This document shows positions 44,836-48,380 of a stretch of DNA of 48,380 bases, in pieces. The stretch lies in IMG/VR virus record IMGVR_UViG_3300017766_000684, positions 1 through 48,380 of that record, one strand, 5' to 3'. The notes under the pieces are model-generated. The model worked only from the letters and a program-made list of their open reading frames with translations, had not been told where the DNA came from and did no database searches. Each line of letters opens with the position of its first letter. Position 1 is the stretch's first letter. Source of the stretch: a virus (lineage: Duplodnaviria; Caudoviricetes). Made by a program: the position numbers and the translations under genes.

Positions 44836-46596
44836 TCATGCTGTTGTCATATTTGGTGGAGATATTAAACTTCTTCTAGCAAGTTCCATTCTCTTCAATC
44901 CATTAGCTTCCTCTAACCTTTTATTCATTTCAGTAAATTGCGCTAGGCTTTCAGATTGATACTTAGTTTGGTCTTCTGGCCTAAGACCATTCAAATTCTT
45001 TTGCCGTGTCTCTTGTAATTTTCCTACAACCCCAGTGGAACCTTGAACAGCATTAAAAAAATCAATTAAACCCTTTTTTGGAATTTGTATCGTGTTAAAC
45101 CCAGGAACTTTAACATCGTAAGTATTTCCCTCGGTGGCTTGTAAATCGTTTGTTAAAGTTCCCATAAAGTTAAACAACATACTTTTGGCACCTTTTGAAA
45201 GACTATTTATTAAATCTTTTGCAGTATCAATAGCTCCCGACTTGCCTAAAGCATTCCCTAATTCAGCAACAAATCTTTGCATTTCAGATCTTATTTTATT
45301 TGTAAGATCTTTAAGAATTCCAAAATTCTCAAAAGCAGTATTACTTGCGTCCTTACCTTCCTTAATAGCAGCGTCACTCAATGCTCGGGCAGCAACCATT
45401 TCTTGATCAGAAATTCCAAAAGTTTTGAAAAACTGAGTTTTCATGAAATCTCCAACAAGCCCAGGCTCTGTAGCAAGTTGATTATCTGCGAACTCAACTA
45501 ATTTCTGTGATGCAAGTTTTAGATCTTCCGAGGTTGCTGTTCCTGCTCTTATTTTTTCATAAACATCTTGCAGCCCAAGCTGGGTAATCAAAACAAGATT
45601 CTTAGGATCAAATAAAGATAACATGCTTTTTACGCTGTCCCCTAGTTTAAGACCAAATTGAGGGACAAGGGTTCCCATTAATTTTTCAATGTTACCTCCA
45701 AGCCCTGGAGCTATCGCAGCCATCTTAACTGAAAACTCTTTTATTGATTGCGCTACTTCAAATAAAGTATCTTGTTGAATTTGAAATTCGCTTGCCACTT
45801 TATCAAGATTTAATGCTAAGGCGATTGCTTGATCCGTATTCATTCCAATGGCAGCAGCATTATTAGATAAGAAGGTTGCTAATGTTCCAACCTTCTGACC
45901 AGTGAACACCATCTTGTCCACTAATTTTGCAGACCCAAGATCAAGTTTTGAGATACCAACATCTCTAAACTTAAGTATCTCTTGTTGAAATTCTATGGCA
46001 GTTGATTTTAAATTGTTTTTAAAATCATCTAAATCTTGTCCAGTAGCAGCTAATCCTTCACTAAAAACATCTACAGGCAGAATATTGGCTGCTATAGCTT
46101 TAATTTGAAAGTTTGATACGTCTGTAAATGCAGCTTTAAATTCTTTAACTAATTCACCGAACAGTAGTTTAAGATTATCAACTAACATCAACATTGCACC
46201 AGCGGCAGTAATAATTTCCAATGACGCAACTGCTATGTTATCTGTTAGTTTATCCCACTCAGCATTTGCTGCAAGTTCTGGACTATTTTGCGCTACAAAG
46301 GGGCTAATTCCCCTAGCTTGTAGACTTTTTCCAAACTCTGTTAATTTATTGTCTACTATAGCATCTTCATATCCAAGAGAAATCTTCTGTAAATCAATTA
46401 TGGCTGAGAAAGATTTACCTACTTGTTTTAGCGGTTGCGCAAGAGCATTTGTAATTTGAGAAGTTACTGATGGGATTCCGCCACTTGGATTTTGTGCAGT
46501 TTTCCCTGCGGGGTCTTGTTTCGCAGCAATAGTATTCAAGCTCGTAGCAGCTTGTAATAATGGGGCTATCACAGCATCAAGTTCAGCTTTCTTCAT
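44836..46596 (-). CDS. Tail tape measure protein
   Basis: 586-aa Ala/Leu-rich helical protein immediately upstream of the tube-initiator and baseplate genes. Confidence 0.7.
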   Translation of the reverse strand: MKKAELDAVIAPLLQAATSLNTIAAKQDPAGKTAQNPSGGIPSVTSQITNALAQPLKQVGKSFSAIIDLQKISLGYEDAIVDNKLTEFGKSLQARGISPFVAQNSPELAANAEWDKLTDNIAVASLEIITAAGAMLMLVDNLKLLFGELVKEFKAAFTDVSNFQIKAIAANILPVDVFSEGLAATGQDLDDFKNNLKSTAIEFQQEILKFRDVGISKLDLGSAKLVDKMVFTGQKVGTLATFLSNNAAAIGMNTDQAIALALNLDKVASEFQIQQDTLFEVAQSIKEFSVKMAAIAPGLGGNIEKLMGTLVPQFGLKLGDSVKSMLSLFDPKNLVLITQLGLQDVYEKIRAGTATSEDLKLASQKLVEFADNQLATEPGLVGDFMKTQFFKTFGISDQEMVAARALSDAAIKEGKDASNTAFENFGILKDLTNKIRSEMQRFVAELGNALGKSGAIDTAKDLINSLSKGAKSMLFNFMGTLTNDLQATEGNTYDVKVPGFNTIQIPKKGLIDFFNAVQGSTGVVGKLQETRQKNLNGLRPEDQTKYQSESLAQFTEMNKRLEEANGLKRMELARRSLISPPNMTTA

Positions 46597-47023
46597 TTTC
46601 CCCTACCTCTAATTCGTAAGCACCACGAATATCATTTATTTTAAATGTCTTAAAATTTGATATACCTAAGAATGATGTAAGCAATTTAGGTATTTTTGAA
46701 TAATCACTAAATCTTCTATTCTTATAAAGACTGTTCAACATCATCATAATAGAGTCTAAATTTTGTTTTATCTCAAAACAACAAAGTAAGTAGTTTCCTT
46801 GTGTAGAAGTAAACTTACCTCTGGGTGCTTTCTTAGTTCCGACTACTAATAGAGTTCTGGAATTAAGAAGTGAGCCTTTGTATGCAAAAGTAACTAAATC
46901 TCCTGGCAATAGAGTTGACGGCAAGGTAGAGACTAACTTAACCTTTGCATTATATACTTCTGAAAATGCTTCACGGTATTCAGAAGGCAACTGTAGTTTT
47001 CTTTGTAATTTTGATAAAAACAT
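46583..47023 (-). CDS. Hypothetical protein (weak resemblance to T4 gp2 DNA end protector)
   Basis: 146 aa, basic; PGDLVTFAY...LLVV...FKTFK pattern; the functional call is weak. Confidence 0.5.
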   Translation of the reverse strand: MFLSKLQRKLQLPSEYREAFSEVYNAKVKLVSTLPSTLLPGDLVTFAYKGSLLNSRTLLVVGTKKAPRGKFTSTQGNYLLCCFEIKQNLDSIMMMLNSLYKNRRFSDYSKIPKLLTSFLGISNFKTFKINDIRGAYELEVGENEES

Positions 47024-47054
47024 GAAAATTAAAGAGAAAATTAAAAAGTTTCTC

Positions 47055-47088
47055 CTTTAATATATATTAAAGCCACTTAAATAAGTGG
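47055..47088. repeat. Two abutting inverted repeats in the divergent intergenic region
   Basis: Perfect 18-bp palindrome ctttaatatatattaaag (47055-47072), then ccactta-aa-taagtgg (47073-47088). Confidence 0.85.
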
Positions 47089-47103
47089 TAATAATAACTA
47101 CTT

Positions 47104-47397
47104 ATGAGTGATATAGATACTGATATTGTTGACTTTATAGACTTAATAAACTTTACCTTAAGTGAAGAATTTATAGATAAATGGAGATTTAGATTTAGTC
47201 CTAAGTTTTTAAAAGAATTTCAAGGTAAAGTTATTAAGTCGCTTAAAGACAGAAAGCCGTTAAAGCTAGATTCACTCTTTAAGCACATGTCAAAGAAGTG
47301 CGGGTATTCCCCAGAACAAGTAAGGAACTTCTTTGATGCAATAGATATTAGTATCTATCATCCGCTAGTTTTAGGTAAGTCCTTATCCTTAACCTGA
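47104..47397 (+). CDS. Hypothetical phage protein
   Basis: 97-aa ORF, converging on and overlapping the exonuclease gene. Confidence 0.65.
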   Translation: MSDIDTDIVDFIDLINFTLSEEFIDKWRFRFSPKFLKEFQGKVIKSLKDRKPLKLDSLFKHMSKKCGYSPEQVRNFFDAIDISIYHPLVLGKSLSLT

Positions 47398-48152
47398 GCC
47401 GTCTGCTCCTCAATGCGTTTCTGGACTGAGCATTGATCGTTAAATAGCGGACACATCGGCTTATATTCGCACCAGTCACAAAACTGGTTTTGCATCGGAG
47501 GGAACTCATCCTTCTTCTTCTTGCGAATCTTCCAGACCTTGGCGATCTCCCGCTCTCTCCAGGAATTAACTGCTCCTTGAGTGAACTTAACCGATACTAG
47601 ACTATCGCTTAGTGGGTAGTAGTGAGCGCAATAAATCTCACTCAGGGGAATCTTAAACTCTTGGCTGACGGCAAAAGCGTAGCCCATAAGCTGCTTATCC
47701 CTGCCAAGCTCGACTCTGGATTTCTCCCTCTTGGAAGTCTTGTAGTCGATAATTAGCATGCCACCGTTGAGCCCTCGCACGATACGGTCTATAAACCCGT
47801 TGTATTTAATTCCTTCCGCGAGATCCACGGAAAATTCGTGTTCGACAGATACGGTTTCTCCCAGCCCCTTGTTAAACTTTAAAAAGTTATCGAGGCACTG
47901 ATGGATGCGTTCTTTGTATACAAGTGGAACTTTGTAGTCTTTTTTAATGTTTTCTGCAATTTTCTCTAGCTGCGAGATATGATTCTCGGTGTAGCCTAAC
48001 TCAAAGATACGGTGAATATATGTTCCGAAGTCCAAAGCGTCCTCGTTTTTTGATGGAAACCCTGGGAGCTTCCTGATATATCTATACTCATACTTGAGCA
48101 GACACTGATCTATAATATCAGATTTTGAATTACTTAGTCGGTCGATAAACAT
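47358..48152 (-). CDS. Cas4/RecB-like PD-(D/E)XK exonuclease with a predicted Fe-S cluster
   Basis: LSNS...QC, FGTYIH, GFIDRI, IIDYKT, QLMGYA, C-terminal CDWCEYKPMC. Confidence 0.88.
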   Translation of the reverse strand: MFIDRLSNSKSDIIDQCLLKYEYRYIRKLPGFPSKNEDALDFGTYIHRIFELGYTENHISQLEKIAENIKKDYKVPLVYKERIHQCLDNFLKFNKGLGETVSVEHEFSVDLAEGIKYNGFIDRIVRGLNGGMLIIDYKTSKREKSRVELGRDKQLMGYAFAVSQEFKIPLSEIYCAHYYPLSDSLVSVKFTQGAVNSWREREIAKVWKIRKKKKDEFPPMQNQFCDWCEYKPMCPLFNDQCSVQKRIEEQTAQVKDKDLPKTSG

Positions 48153-48380
48153 GATTACCTCAACTTACATTAGAGCCTACCTGCTGGAAAAGTTCAACGG
48201 TAAATACAGAATATTAAGTGGTGGCCGAGAGATGGTCATCCCTTCAATATTTATGGACCGTGACCCAAAAAGGCACATGTCCATTAACTTAGACAGCGGA
48301 CTTTGGCAGTGCTTTAAGTCTCAGAAGAAAGGTAACTTCATCCAGTTATACTCAGAGTTGGAACACCTGACGTATAAACA
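48151..48380 (+). CDS. Putative DNA primase, N-terminal zinc-binding-like domain (partial, runs off the window)
   Basis: Not in the ORF track. Manual translation MITSTYIRAYLLEKF...PSIFMDRDPKRHMSINLDSGLWQCFKSQKKGNFIQLY resembles the CHC2 primase domain (H.S.N...G.WQCF....GN). Confidence 0.65.
   Translation, partial: MITSTYIRAYLLEKFNGKYRILSGGREMVIPSIFMDRDPKRHMSINLDSGLWQCFKSQKKGNFIQLYSELEHLTYK

Larger units (their letters stand above)
1..48380. mobile_element. Segment of a large T4-like (contractile-tailed) bacteriophage genome: structural module flanked by replication/transcription genes
   Basis: Recognisable gp23 capsid, gp21 protease, gp18 sheath, gp19 tube, gp13/14 neck, gp6/gp25 baseplate and gp55-like sigma; densely packed ORFs; no integrase or host housekeeping genes seen. 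Confidence 0.96.

Noticed and set aside
179-46459. Numerous short ORFs in the track (e.g. 179..565, 696..1034, 1599..1871, 5878..6192, 10581..10910, 12778..13354, 24402..24737, 45134..45501)
   Set aside because: They lie antisense to, or out of frame within, well-supported genes and have no recognisable motifs; treated as shadow ORFs
5263-46596. Bacterial contractile injection system, tailocin or T6SS (sheath, tube, PAAR, gp25, spike)
   Set aside because: Capsid, scaffold, prohead protease, neck and phage replication genes are present, so this is a true phage
44836-46596. Tape measure seeming unusually short for a large phage
   Set aside because: 586 aa is similar to T4 gp29, so it is unremarkable
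47358-48152. Cas4-like gene as evidence of a CRISPR-Cas system
   Set aside because: No repeat-spacer array or other cas genes in the window; solo Cas4/RecB-like nucleases are common in phage replication modules
1-48380. Alternative genetic code (stop-codon reassignment)
   Set aside because: Conserved genes are full length under the standard code and end in TAA, TAG and TGA; the polymerase break involves a frame change, not an in-frame stop
1-48380. tRNA, rRNA, introns, inteins or a diversity-generating retroelement
   Set aside because: Intergenic gaps are too short or too AT-rich; no cloverleaf, splicing motifs, reverse transcriptase or template/variable repeat pair seen by eye

Overview
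The whole window is part of a large T4-like (myovirus) phage genome, with no sign of host chromosome. About 42 kb (5263-47023, minus strand) is the virion module. In transcription order it holds the tape measure, hub and baseplate genes (gp53-, gp5-, gp25-, gp6- and gpI-like), several very large fibre/appendage proteins, a PAAR-like tip, the prohead protease, scaffold and major capsid (gp21/22/23), the neck (gp13/14/15), and the tail sheath and tube (gp18/19). Both ends carry strand-switching replication and transcription genes: a family A DNA polymerase with an N-terminal UDG-like domain, a gp55-like late sigma factor, a Holliday junction resolvase, a Cas4/RecB-like exonuclease and the start of a primase. 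The most striking feature is a 1208-aa protein among the baseplate genes that carries a galactose/glyoxal-oxidase-type copper radical oxidase domain with all five metal and cofactor residues apparently intact, suggesting a virion-mounted oxidative enzyme. A His-rich insert, neighbouring carbohydrate-type domains and a Cys-rich YHS/TRASH-like lipoprotein may go with it. Other oddities are a DNA polymerase split inside its proofreading domain, a thioredoxin fold without its cysteines, and divergent genes with overlapping or nearly abutting start codons. All calls come from motif recognition by eye; no database searches were run.
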